DNA of 63,632 nt, counting the filler, from Trichomonas gallinae (taxonomy: Eukaryota): NCBI GenBank assembly GCA_008369845.1. It is 9 parts of 9 records of this genome, joined end to end, with 100 filler letters (N's around TTAATTAATTAA, not from the genome) between each part and the next. Parts side by side here need not be neighbours in the genome. Positions count along the whole stretch, not along the records: positions 28,041 to 41,559 come from MRSU01001052.1; positions 41,660 to 43,888 come from MRSU01001055.1; positions 43,989 to 45,335 come from MRSU01001057.1; 6 more parts are not named here. One strand, 5' to 3'. The notes below the pieces were generated by a model. It saw nothing but the letters and a program-made list of their open reading frames with translations, made no database searches and was not told the DNA's origin. This document shows, piece after piece, positions 33,206 to 44,527 of this stretch (its first letter is position 1; each line of letters opens with the position of its first letter). Both the position numbers and the translations under genes were made by a program.

Positions 33206-35122
33206 TTCTGTTTAGTTAACAATCACTTTTTGAATTGGTCTGTCAGCTCCTTTGAGACAAGTGATTTCTTGAATTGTCCATTTTGTTGCTAATAGGGCTA
33301 CAGTATACATAGCTGTGCATATATTCCATCAAAAACAAAATTTATTAAGCTTTTATCATGCATGAAAAAAAAAATAATTAATTTGATTTTTTATTATTGT
33401 GTCATAGATGTAATATGATAAATTGAAAAACTCAATTTGAATTAATTCGCTGGGATCTTACAAACACAACAGTTTTTGCTGAATTTTTCAGACGCTATTA
33501 CAGCTTTTTGTTTAAAGAATGGAAATCTTACTCATCATATTTTATGATATTTTTCATCATTTTAAATTTTTACTTTCTTCATTTAATTTTGGCTACTTCA
33601 ATAAAAAATATGGTATTGGTAAGGCTTATATTTCCTTTCTTGGATGATTTTGGCCAGAATTGAAATTGTTCAATAGAATAATCTTAGAGATGATGCTATT
33701 CACTGATGCAAAGGAACAAATTGGGTCGAAATGTTTTAGTATTCAATGGAAAAAACAAATATTGAAATTATGATTCAATCATAATCGATAATATGTGATT
33801 TTTATGATATATATGAAATATGCCTAAGAAATATATTTTAATTGTATCGTGTACTAATCTTAATTCTTATTCTTTAATGATTTGCGTTAATAATCTTATG
33901 AAAAAATAATGATCAAGAACTTTGTATCATGCAAAAAAGCATACACTCATGTATATCAATACGATGTCATACTCTAACCCATTGTCATTGATTCAAATAA
34001 ATAAAGCAATGCACTAATAAGAGAATCCATTAGTAACTATATAGCAATTCGCTGTATAATCGCTTAAAAATATAATTTATCACTAAGAAATGATCTCTAG
34101 TCACGTTCATCAAAAATCTTATAAATAGGTCTTGTAAAGCAGCAAAAATTACGTTCTCCATAAAAATTCTACACATGCAATATGCTGGATTTTGTCATTT
34201 CCAAGACAGAAAAAAATTAAATCTCACTTTTGCTTCTAATTTTCAATGATCATATTTTTATACTCTAGCCCTACTAGTAAAATTTTCCGATCAAAAAATT
34301 TTCCCTTCAAATTTTCAAAAGTTCGTGAACTGCGTTTTTCTTTACACATAATTCAATAGTAGATACATTATTAAAACTAAAAAGCAATAAAAGGCAGTTC
34401 ATTCAATAAATTGTTGGAGTAAAATGCGTTTCAGCTACCTTGAAAAAAAAAACCAATTGCATTATGTGAATAAAGAGTGGATTGATATTGCAAATGAAAT
34501 ATTTGACATATTGCATGATATTTACACAATAGATTTTGTTATATTCTCAAGATTTTCTTCGGGAATTTGGAAAATGCCTCATATGTATTAAAATTGAAAA
34601 TTTAGTGAGAAATATTAGCTTGTGATTAATATTATAACATGTTTATTTTTTATAATTCTATGATACCTTGAAAATCACATGAAAAATGATAATTTGAAAG
34701 TTCTTAAGTGCAAAATTATAGTTTTTAATTTTAGTCACTTTTGGGATCGAATATTCATGGACAAAATTGGACAGGCCGGATGTGCTATGTCACCATTGCA
34801 CATGCATTTATCCGCTTTTGAAGGCTCATTAAGCTTTCCATTCATTTCTGAGATTTGTCATTATATTGAAATCAAGATAAAATCGACCAAAAATTATAAA
34901 TATATATTATTTGCACAAATTAGATAATACATTTGATATTTTCAAAGCATTTCATTTTTTCATACCTTAATTTTGATGAAAACATGATTTTTGGATCATA
35001 ATATGTCTAATTATAATTCTATTTCAGTTCATTGTCAGATTTTTTAATTTTGAGTTTTGATTTGATTTTTGGTATCGATGTGTGATGCTCTGCCTATTAT
35101 AAAAGTTTAACCGCAAAATTTC

Positions 35123-35127
35123 TCACT
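35123..35127 (+). promoter_or_regulatory. Initiator TCACT of the mannosidase gene
   Basis: About 20 nt upstream of ATG 35148. Confidence 0.55.
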
Positions 35128-35147
35128 TCACAAGAAAAGAAGAATAA

Positions 35148-38100
35148 ATGCAAACATCAAATATTGGCCTTATTGTTGACTCCACAGTTGGAATAGCTAA
35201 ATTTATTGCTGTTGTAACCAAGGGAACAACGAACCAATGCATTTATCCAGCGCTTTCGGGTCCAATCAAATATAATTTTGTTCAGTATGATCAGGCAAAA
35301 GAAGACTCATACGACATTGTTTTGTTGGTTGTTGACCCTACAAAGCCATTAACAAAACTCGAAGAGCAAAAATTGCTTAGCAAATTACCGAAACAAGTAC
35401 AACGCGGTCTTGTAACAGTAAACCAAGACAGCACCGAGTTTGCTATCGCACAGGACGTCGATCCTGTCTTCTCAGTTACGATAAATACGACAAATTCAAA
35501 TGGTGTTGATAAATTGCTTTACTTGCTTTGCCAATTCACTAGAAAGAATCCAAACATCATCTACGACGCTCCACACTCCATTGATAAGTTCGAGAAGTAT
35601 CTTTCGTTTATCGATGACATGCGCGTGATCCAGTTTATTCCTGCAACAAACACACAAGTCTGCAGGGATGCAACAGAAAGCTTCAAAAAACCAAGCGACT
35701 TACCATTCTACAAGTGGGAGGATTTCGATAATACGAAAACCTTCGAATTCGGCGAACAAACATACCATTGGATGGCTTTCAAGGGACAAATCACAGTTCC
35801 TTCAACATATGATCCTGCTAAGCATATTATTCGTGTTAAATTCGCTATTAACAGAAACTATCTTTGCGATCCGAATAATGATGATTTCCCAGCTGGCCCC
35901 GAGGGAAGAATCTGGTTTAACGGCGAACCAGTTGGTGCTGCCGATTCTTTTCACGATTCTGCAATTATCAAAGGTTCTGGCCCAGTTGAAGTCAGAATTT
36001 TCACAGCTAGATGCAAGACAAGCCACTCTCTCGCGCAGTTCGGTCTCGAAATAACAGAAAAGAACACAGAAACACTTTATTACAGATTAAAGTTCATGGA
36101 CAGACTTACTTACTATCTTTCCGACACAAACCGCGACAAACAACGCTTAATCAATCTCATCGAAGCTGCAGTTCGCCAACTCGATATTCGCGATATGACA
36201 GAAATCACAATGAAAGACATCAGAAAGTTCGATCCCACACACGCTGTATTCTACGCATCAGTTCCGAATGCTCTCGAAATTCTCAGAAGTGTTACAAACA
36301 TCAGAACAACAGATGAGAAGGACTGCCCAACAATTTCAGTTGTCGGATACAGCCACATTGATACTTGCTGGCAGTGGCCATACAACATTTCACGCTACAA
36401 ATCTGTAAACACAATCACAACAATGCTTCATCTCCAAGAGAATCCACCAGACGAATTCAAGAACCCAGTCGAGTGGAAATTCCTTGCTACAGCTTCACAG
36501 CACTACAAATGGCTCATGCAAGATGATCCAGCGTTATTCGAACGTGTTCTCAAGGCCAGAGACAACGGCCGCTGGCTTATTGATGGCGTTTCATGGCTCG
36601 AGCACGAGTGCGTCATCTTAAGTGGCGAATCAATGATCAGACAAGTTTTGTATGGAAGAAGATTCTTCCACCAGTACTGCAAAGCTGATCAAACATGCTT
36701 ATTCTTACCAGACTGCTTCGGTTTTTCGGCTGCTCTTCCTCAAGTTCTTCAAGGCTTCGGAATTGATACATTCATCACTTCTAAAATCTCATGGAATGAA
36801 TACAACAAGTTCCCATACAACACATTCGTCTGGAAAGGAAACGATGGAAGCGAAATTCTTGCCCATTTCATCACTTCACCTGCTGGATGGGATCCAACAG
36901 TTTCATGCTACACAGGAACAGCATCAGTCAAAGAGCTCTTAGGCACATACCAGTGCTACAAGGAGAAAGACGTCTGCAGGCATGCTGCACTCCACACAGC
37001 AGGCAACGGCGATGGCGGCGGCGGCATAACAGAAGAGATGATCTGGAATTTCAACTTGATGAACGAATTCCCGCACGTCGATGAAGTTCCTAAGATCCAA
37101 TTCCCATCACTTCCAGAACTTTTCTCAGAAATCCGCCAGAACAAGGCCTTGCTTCCAGTCTGGGACGGCGAGCTTTATCTCGAATACCACAGAGGCACTC
37201 AGACATCCCAGGAAGAATCGAAGCGCATCAACAGGACACTTGAAGCTAATTTGAGGAACGCCGAATTCATGCTCGCTGTATTATACGGCGCATACGGATA
37301 CAAAGATGAGCAGAAGTACCAAGACACACTAAGATTGTGCTGGGAGAACGCATGCTTATTCCAGTTCCACGACGCACTTCCAGGAACAACAGTCAACGAG
37401 GCAACAGTCGACATCCAAGAGCGCGGACAGGCAGCACTCGGTGCAGTCAAAGAGATTGAGAAGGCTCTCGCCGAAGAAATTGCTGCACACGAGCGCGGCA
37501 ACGTTTTAGTTTCAACCGTTCCACCATTGTATGGATACACAGTCGTCAACAAGCAGCCGAAGATCGACAAATACTCAACATGCATTTACAAGAGGACGCT
37601 CGATGACGACTACAAGAGAATTGACTTGCAACACGAGAACATTGACCCAACAGTCAACGAACCATTCGACTTCGACATCTCCACAAAGACAGTCACGACA
37701 AAGAGGATGAAGATCCAATTCAACAAGTACGGCGGCATGTCAAGCTGCATTGTCGACGGCAGAGAGTTCATCAGCGATTCAGTCAATCCATTCTTCATAT
37801 ACGAAGACAGGCCTCTTCAGTGGCCTGCCTGGGATATCCAGCTTTACCACAAAGAGATGCAGGACGCTTCACCATACATGATCTCATACAGCCTCACAGA
37901 GAATAACGAGCTCATCATGTCTTGGGAGTTACCAGCGATTGGCGAGCAGAAGGCCGAGATGACACTTATCAAGCAGGTTATTTCATTCCAGGGTACAACA
38001 GTCGACATGAAGACATATGTCCAGTGGACCCAGCACGACAAACTCTTGAAGTATGTCATCCCTACAACTATCAGGGCCAGGACATGCAGGTTCGGGCTCC

Positions 38101-38771
38101 AGTTCGGCTTCATCGAGAGAGAAACACAGAACAACACAAACTGGGACTTCGCTAGATTCGAAGTTCCAGGAAGATGGGCTGATTTGTCTGACTCAACAGG
38201 CGGCATCACTATGTGCAGCGATGTCAAAGGTGGCTTCGACGTCCACGGCCATGTCATGATGATGTCATTGCTGAAAGCTCCGCAGGCTGTCGACAAATGG
38301 GCAGACTTTGGCATGAGAAGGTTCATCATCAGACTCGACTTCCACAACCAACCATTCTCAGCTCGCTCTCAGATCATGTCTGACACTCTCTGCTATCCGA
38401 AGTTCTTCGGTCGTTGCAACTCCAGCTCACTCGCTAACGACACACCGAAGTCATTGATCACTATCGAAAACGACAAGCTTATTCTTGTTGCCCTCAAGAA
38501 GGGCGAGGACGAACAGTCAATCGTCGCAAGGTTCGTCGAACCGATCGGCGGAACTGTTACATGCAAAGTTTCATTCCCATTCCTCTCAGGCAGCTGGACA
38601 TTCTGGCATGCAGATATGGGCGAGAACACAACAGAACAAATTTCTGCAACTGGCTCGCAAATCCAGCTCGTCGCTAAACCATTCCAGGTTATCACTGTTG
38701 TCATGAAGAAAGAACAAAATCAATTTGGTTTCCAGCAAAGAACATTCGAGATTGAGAAACCAAGATTCTGA
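35148..38771 (+). CDS. GH38 alpha-mannosidase (Man2C1/Ams1/bacterial cytosolic type) with N-terminal pseudo-GTPase-like extension
   Basis: SHIDTCWQWP, SGESMIRQ, LPDCFGFS (nucleophile Asp), KISWN, GNGDGGGG, WDGELYLEYHRGT, QFHDALPG, AWDI, ARFEV; no signal peptide. Confidence 0.95.
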   Translation: MQTSNIGLIVDSTVGIAKFIAVVTKGTTNQCIYPALSGPIKYNFVQYDQAKEDSYDIVLLVVDPTKPLTKLEEQKLLSKLPKQVQRGLVTVNQDSTEFAIAQDVDPVFSVTINTTNSNGVDKLLYLLCQFTRKNPNIIYDAPHSIDKFEKYLSFIDDMRVIQFIPATNTQVCRDATESFKKPSDLPFYKWEDFDNTKTFEFGEQTYHWMAFKGQITVPSTYDPAKHIIRVKFAINRNYLCDPNNDDFPAGPEGRIWFNGEPVGAADSFHDSAIIKGSGPVEVRIFTARCKTSHSLAQFGLEITEKNTETLYYRLKFMDRLTYYLSDTNRDKQRLINLIEAAVRQLDIRDMTEITMKDIRKFDPTHAVFYASVPNALEILRSVTNIRTTDEKDCPTISVVGYSHIDTCWQWPYNISRYKSVNTITTMLHLQENPPDEFKNPVEWKFLATASQHYKWLMQDDPALFERVLKARDNGRWLIDGVSWLEHECVILSGESMIRQVLYGRRFFHQYCKADQTCLFLPDCFGFSAALPQVLQGFGIDTFITSKISWNEYNKFPYNTFVWKGNDGSEILAHFITSPAGWDPTVSCYTGTASVKELLGTYQCYKEKDVCRHAALHTAGNGDGGGGITEEMIWNFNLMNEFPHVDEVPKIQFPSLPELFSEIRQNKALLPVWDGELYLEYHRGTQTSQEESKRINRTLEANLRNAEFMLAVLYGAYGYKDEQKYQDTLRLCWENACLFQFHDALPGTTVNEATVDIQERGQAALGAVKEIEKALAEEIAAHERGNVLVSTVPPLYGYTVVNKQPKIDKYSTCIYKRTLDDDYKRIDLQHENIDPTVNEPFDFDISTKTVTTKRMKIQFNKYGGMSSCIVDGREFISDSVNPFFIYEDRPLQWPAWDIQLYHKEMQDASPYMISYSLTENNELIMSWELPAIGEQKAEMTLIKQVISFQGTTVDMKTYVQWTQHDKLLKYVIPTTIRARTCRFGLQFGFIERETQNNTNWDFARFEVPGRWADLSDSTGGITMCSDVKGGFDVHGHVMMMSLLKAPQAVDKWADFGMRRFIIRLDFHNQPFSARSQIMSDTLCYPKFFGRCNSSSLANDTPKSLITIENDKLILVALKKGEDEQSIVARFVEPIGGTVTCKVSFPFLSGSWTFWHADMGENTTEQISATGSQIQLVAKPFQVITVVMKKEQNQFGFQQRTFEIEKPRF

Positions 38772-38955
38772 ACAATTATTATAGTAACGTCATTTAATTT
38801 TATTAAAGATTCTAATTTTTATAAAAACTAAAATATTTCGAAATTATTAGTTTCTTCTTCTTGTCTCATTGAATATTTTAGTTATATTGCAGATAACAAC
38901 ACATGTTTTAAATGATTTGATCAAAAATTAAAAAAAAAAAATAATAATATTCAAA

Positions 38956-39759
38956 TTAAACTTCGACTGCTTGGTTGCTGCGAATTGGCTCATCATTACC
39001 ACTAACCTTCTGATATGCTTGAGCTGCACTCAGAACAAGGAATCCTAAAACAACTGAACAAACTGCAAGACCAGAGTTAATAAATGCTATAAATTTAGAA
39101 AATCCACTAGAACTCTTTGAGAGAACATCTAAAAATGTTGCAAGTCCGACAGATCCACTTGTTGGGAATCCAATTGCCAAATATCCAAGCCATCCAATGA
39201 AACAGAACATGTAAATTGTCCACTTGAACGGTATATCACGCTTTTGACATGCTGAATATAAAACAGCGTAAATATAATTTAAAATTACATATGCACCTGC
39301 GACACCTTCGATGCAAGCAAATGTAAAATTCGAAAGTTTCTTATAATCTTTCATTATGATAGAAATGATAGCGAATAAGTTGAATATTACGAAAATGTTA
39401 TATGAAATCATTAAGTAAATTGCTAGTTGTATTGTGTGTCGTGATCCTTTTGGTAAATCATTTTCTGGGTCATAGTGAATTAATGGGAAAAACTTTGGCC
39501 AATTCGGAGGATTAGTATATACACTTGTTGAAGCTTCTAATTGACGCTGTTTTTGAAGTAATTCAGCTTCTCTTGCTTTCAAAACTTCAAGTCTGGCTTT
39601 TTTATCTAATGGCAGCGTAGTTGGGTCAAAATTTGGAATATCTGTGATATTTGAAACAACAGCTGGCTTAGCTGTTTGCGGTGACGTGGGATACTCTTTG
39701 TAACTAAATTCAGGTAACTCAATATCATCATAAACTTCGCCAAATGGATTTTCACCCAT
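38956..39759 (-). CDS. SCAMP: SCAMP (secretory carrier membrane protein)
   Basis: N-terminal NPF, LKAREAEL coiled coil, PPNWPKFFPLIHYD, four TM helices. Confidence 0.88.
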   Translation of the reverse strand: MGENPFGEVYDDIELPEFSYKEYPTSPQTAKPAVVSNITDIPNFDPTTLPLDKKARLEVLKAREAELLQKQRQLEASTSVYTNPPNWPKFFPLIHYDPENDLPKGSRHTIQLAIYLMISYNIFVIFNLFAIISIIMKDYKKLSNFTFACIEGVAGAYVILNYIYAVLYSACQKRDIPFKWTIYMFCFIGWLGYLAIGFPTSGSVGLATFLDVLSKSSSGFSKFIAFINSGLAVCSVVLGFLVLSAAQAYQKVSGNDEPIRSNQAVEV

Positions 39760-40220
39760 TTTTATTTATGATGAAAACAGAACGATTATTTTTTTTCTAA
39801 ATTTTATTGGTATAATTTGATCTAATTTGGCATCTAAAAATCGATATGACGCTTTCTCGATTATTTTTAAGAAAAAGCAAAAAATCAGGTAGAACCTATA
39901 TCGAACCATTTTTTTAAAACATTTTGTCAATAATTCACCAGGTTATTGTTCGCGGTTTACTGGTATAGGTGATTAGAATTGAACTAACTTAGTAGGTAAA
40001 CATGATAGTATACTATACACCCTAATTGCATGAGAGAAACTAAATCTTTTTTATTCGTTTTTCTTATTGATTATTCGACATTAAAATTTACACCATTGTT
40101 TCTACTCAAAAAGGAATAATAACATCAAAATAGGATGTGAATTTCACAAATCTTGATTTTTTAAACTTCTCACAGACAAATTCATTCCGATTATTTTGAA
40201 ATAAAAGTGACATTTTAGTA

Positions 40221-40385
40221 ATGAGTTCTAAAGAAGAACAGGAAGGACTTATTCAAGAGGCTGAGCAATTAATTCAACAACGCGACTACGATGGTGCAAT
40301 TTCAAAGCTTGCTGGCGTTGATCATCCAGATCTTCAAGATAAAAGAGATTTCTTAATTGCTCAAGCACAGCGCCAAGGCAGGTAA
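40221..40385 (+). CDS. 54-aa microprotein, TPR-like helical hairpin (below ORF-track cutoff)
   Basis: ATG 40221 to TAA 40385: MSSKEEQEGLIQEAEQLIQQRDYDGAISKLAGVDHPDLQDKRDFLIAQAQRQGR. GC is higher than the flanks, AAAGTGAC lies at 40204-40211, and the stop forms TAAA. Confidence 0.7.
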   Translation: MSSKEEQEGLIQEAEQLIQQRDYDGAISKLAGVDHPDLQDKRDFLIAQAQRQGR

Positions 40386-40675
40386 ATACACACAATTAAA
40401 AACCTTAACCAGCGAAGATAACTTGTAAATCTATAGAATATTTTATCTTGAACATTTTTTTTTGGCTATCTCTTTAAAAATACATCTAAGATACACATTA
40501 ATCACGTAAGGAAATGCATAACTTTTGTTATTTTTATATTTTTTAAAAATATATATCAATTCATTTCTAATTGTTGAATTATATATTATATTCGATTCAA
40601 TATGGTTATAGATTGAATAAAGGAAGTATTCAAAAGCAATAACTTACATATTTTATTAAAATACAAAAAAACAAA

Positions 40676-41559
40676 TTATTTGATACCGGAAAGAAGCTTT
40701 TTGAGTGTTACTTCATAATCACGATTGCATTCATCATATTTTTTCAGTACTAAGTTTTGATCAAATCCTACTTTCATTAAATTAGTAATATCATGACGCT
40801 GAGAATTTGTATAGTTCTGATTTAACTCGATCATGCACACGTTATATTGTTTGGAGTTTAATTTATCATTAAGTTGTGTGAGCATTTTATATCTTCTCAC
40901 TCTACCTGAGACAGTATTATAATTTTCTTCGAATGTTTCTTCTTCCTCTTCCATGAAATAAGCATTTTCTACTATATCATCAGCAAATTCTTTCAAATCA
41001 TCTGATATTTCATTTTCTTCCTTGTTTTGAGGTTTTTCAATAACTTCTTTGCTTTTTGGAGTTTGTAAACTTGGTATATCTGCAAATAAATCATCAATTT
41101 CAAACGTTGAACTGATATTTTCAGATTGCTGAGATATTTCGTCCTGTTGTGTATTTGGATCATTGAGCATCTGCAATGTTCTTAGTATTTCCAGAATTGG
41201 AGAATCTTTTGTTGAGATCCTTTCGCTAATTAATTGTTCAATCGCGTCTATAAGAGCTTTTCTGTGAGTTATATCATTAACATAGATATATTTGATCAAT
41301 TCTATAGCAATATCATCAACCTCTGATTCATTATTAATTTTTTTGATTCTTTCAAAAAATTCAAGAAATGTCATTTCGTATATCAATTTTTCGTACTTAT
41401 TCTTTCTTTTCGGACTCTGATTACCAATTTCTCCAACATTATTTTGATTTTGGTTTTGATTTGCATTTTCTATCTGGTTTTGATTTTGTTGCTGATTAAT
41501 ATCGTTTCTATTAAGATTATTATTTTGATTTTCTGTTTGCTGATTCTGATGGTTTTGAT
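40676..41559 (-). CDS. 5'-truncated N/Q-rich protein with C-terminal UBA-like domain
   Basis: Frame stays open from the TTG at 41386 up to the gap (NQNQ-rich). C-terminus ITNLMKVGFDQNLVLKKYDECNRDYEVTLKKLL is UBA-like. Confidence 0.7.
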
Positions 41560-41659
41560 NNNNNNNNNNNNNNNNNNNNNNNNNNNNNNNNNNNNNNNNN
41601 NNNTTAATTAATTAANNNNNNNNNNNNNNNNNNNNNNNNNNNNNNNNNNNNNNNNNNNN
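41560..41659. other. Scaffolding gap with stop linker
   Basis: 44 N + TTAATTAATTAA + 44 N. Confidence 0.98.
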
Positions 41660-42301
41660 GACCATTAAAATGCTAGATTCCCATCAAAAAAATCCCGGTG
41701 GAGTTTTCTTGAGCTCTACTGTAGCGTCGAACCTGACACATTTTATAAGCAGGGGCCATTTTTGACAATTTTAAAAAATCTGCCGGACTACCTTTGATTT
41801 AAATTTACACGACAAATTAATAATTTACGCGTCGAATATTCAATTAGATTTAATTTTTTTAGATTAAAAGCACTGCTGACAGCTAATTCATCCTATTCAT
41901 TGCTTATAGACTAAGTATATCGAACTTTACCAAAATGACCATTTTACTACCACCAGTACTGAAATGATATTAAAAGTATATTGCGCATCGGTATTCATTC
42001 GATTTGTTGAATTTTTGAGGCAAACAGCATCCCAGTTCGCATAGTTCTACTCAAATATATCTGTAAAGCTTAGTAATCGACCTTGAATGAACATTTTCCT
42101 GATGATGTTTTTTATAATGAGAAATAGTTACAATTTCGCTCTAGTTTACGCCATGAAGAAGCAAAATTGTAGTAATAAATCAAACAATGCTAAGAATTCC
42201 TGTATAGTGAGACTAAAGCCAATCTATCATTTTGTTTAGTGTAGTGAGAAAATATAATTAAATTTTGCTGATCCAATTTCCATATATGGATATGTGTTTA
42301 A

Positions 42302-43648
42302 TTAATTATTAATACAATTGTTTTGGATTTCTAGAATTGAGTGGCCATATTCTTCTAATTGTTCGTTTTCAATAATTGTATTAGCAGCCTCAGTAACAGC
42401 ATCACTCACAATGATTTCCAATAATTCATTCGGCAAGCCACTATTTATCAATCTATGATATAAAGAAATCAAAGTTTTGAGTATTGAGACAATTATTGGA
42501 GAATAATCGCTGTCAAGTATATCTATAATATTATTAAAGAACTCACAATCATTGCAGAATGCCATTACATCTGCTGTATTATTATTTTCGCATACAACCA
42601 ATGCAATTAAGGAAAAAATTGTTTCTTTGACAGAGATTTTCATCGTAAATCCATTTCTAGCATGCTCTGCAAACTGTGGTGTGCATAAACACACCGCTAC
42701 ATCATTGGGCCTCACTTTAGCGCAGTTTATCACCAATTGTTTTAATTCAACAATCTTGTCTGTTTTAATTTCTTTGAAATAAGACTGAATGATTTCCGCA
42801 TCAATAATTTCATTTTTAATTTGATCGTTGATAGATGATAGAGTAGTGAAATATGATAAGGAACTATCTAGTACCAGTATACTATCTGGTATTAATGAAA
42901 TTGGCTTGAATAAATCATTTTTGCTTGCTAAAAAACTTACAAAATTTGATAAAGGATTTTTTCTTAAAATAACTTCAGCAATTTTCAAAGCAATAGCAAT
43001 ACTTTCTATATCTGGTTTCTCTTCTGTGTAAATCACTGCATTACATAGCGATAACACTCTTTCTTCAACAGTATCAGTAAAATTTGAAAAATAGTTTGAT
43101 GAAGCAAAGTTAAAAACGCAGTCTAAGCTTCTCGATAAAGAAATTTCGATAAACTCCAGCACATTTAGAATGTAATCATCCCCTAGTGCACAGTGTACTA
43201 CAGGACTAGATTGGGAAAACAATGAGCAAATTTCTAGAAGTCGAAAAAGAACCTGGTGATTTTTTTCATCAATATTTTTAATTTTTGGTAAAACTCTTAC
43301 AATGAAACATGATCCATTGAACTTATTTAGAAACACTGGGTTATACTTGATAAGTGAATATAAAAATTGTGAAGCTAAATCGATAATTTTGGTATAATTT
43401 GATTCAAATAATTTCATCATTGAATCAAAGAATTGAAATGGGAATTGTGATGGCTCGAGATAGTTCTTTAAAGGAATTTTAAGGATTTCTGTTAGAGAAT
43501 TTTCAATTATTCGATTATTATTTCCATCTAGTTTTTTAATGAACATATTTATCTCATATACATCCATTTTAAGATTAGGTTCTTCATTCATTGTTTCGTC
43601 AAGTTCAAATTTTTCAATCTCGTCTTCTTCAAAATCATTATCATCCAT
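42302..43648 (-). CDS. Hypothetical ARM/HEAT-like alpha-solenoid protein
   Basis: 448-aa ATG ORF; acidic N-terminus followed by an amphipathic-helix pattern. Confidence 0.75.
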   Translation of the reverse strand: MDDNDFEEDEIEKFELDETMNEEPNLKMDVYEINMFIKKLDGNNNRIIENSLTEILKIPLKNYLEPSQFPFQFFDSMMKLFESNYTKIIDLASQFLYSLIKYNPVFLNKFNGSCFIVRVLPKIKNIDEKNHQVLFRLLEICSLFSQSSPVVHCALGDDYILNVLEFIEISLSRSLDCVFNFASSNYFSNFTDTVEERVLSLCNAVIYTEEKPDIESIAIALKIAEVILRKNPLSNFVSFLASKNDLFKPISLIPDSILVLDSSLSYFTTLSSINDQIKNEIIDAEIIQSYFKEIKTDKIVELKQLVINCAKVRPNDVAVCLCTPQFAEHARNGFTMKISVKETIFSLIALVVCENNNTADVMAFCNDCEFFNNIIDILDSDYSPIIVSILKTLISLYHRLINSGLPNELLEIIVSDAVTEAANTIIENEQLEEYGHSILEIQNNCINN

Positions 43649-43888
43649 TTTTTCAAAATGTCAGTTTTTAAATAAAGATTTGAGTATTGATGAGAAATAA
43701 ATTAACTTTTCCCAATATAACATTAAGGGTGCACCGTATTGTAAAATGTAAACATCACAATTTTTTTCATGCTAAAAATCATGATTTTCTTGAACCTATT
43801 TTGGTTCAAAAACAACTAAAAAATCGCATTTTTAGAAATAATCTCTATTGTGTCTGATGTTATTATTTAGCTTGAAACTTCACTCAAA

Positions 43889-43988
43889 NNNNNNNNNNNN
43901 NNNNNNNNNNNNNNNNNNNNNNNNNNNNNNNNTTAATTAATTAANNNNNNNNNNNNNNNNNNNNNNNNNNNNNNNNNNNNNNNNNNNN
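43889..43988. other. Scaffolding gap with stop linker
   Basis: 44 N + TTAATTAATTAA + 44 N. Confidence 0.98.
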
Positions 43989-44527
43989 TCATCGGTAAAA
44001 AATAATTGAAGTTCAGGGTATTTCTTCATCATATATAGCATTTTCTTTGCAAATATTACTCTAGCTCTCATATGTTCTACGGTCAAATGAGGTATTTTTG
44101 GTAGTGGTCTATATTCATAATCAAGTAGAATGAGAGCCTTACCGATTGTAGTTGGGCACAGAGATATATGAAATCTTTGAAAAAGTAACCTAGCAACTTT
44201 GTCTCTCTTAATAAAATCAAGTTCTGCTGCAATCTCCTGTATTTTTTCTAAAGTATCTTGAGTTAAAACCAAAGGACGTCCTCTTTTAGTTGGCTTTAAG
44301 TAATCACCTGTGATTTCATGATACTCGACAATATTTTTAACAGTTTCATGATGCAACTTTAAAAGAATGGAAATTTGATTATAACTAACACCATGCTGAT
44401 GTAAATAAACAGCCTGATGAGCTTTTGTCGGCATAGAAAGTTGCGTTTTCACGATCTCCAGGGCCAGTTGGCTTTCGTTACTCTGCGAGTTCACTGCAAC
44501 CAAAAAAATGAAGTGATAAGTACACAA
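43989..44527 (-). mobile_element. Tc1/IS630-superfamily transposase, N-terminal part (truncated by gap)
   Basis: HTH (GVSYNQISILLKLHHETVKNIV), RGRP linker, second HTH (SLCPTTIGKAL), KIPHLT..H..AR..FAK, and LFFTD(E) carrying the first catalytic Asp at the contig edge. First ATG at 44434. Confidence 0.85.

Noticed and set aside
35668..38706. Many 60-170-aa overlapping ORFs inside the mannosidase (likewise inside DOCK, the USP7-like gene and the nucleoside hydrolase)
   Set aside because: Alternative-frame by-products of strong codon bias; no independent motifs.
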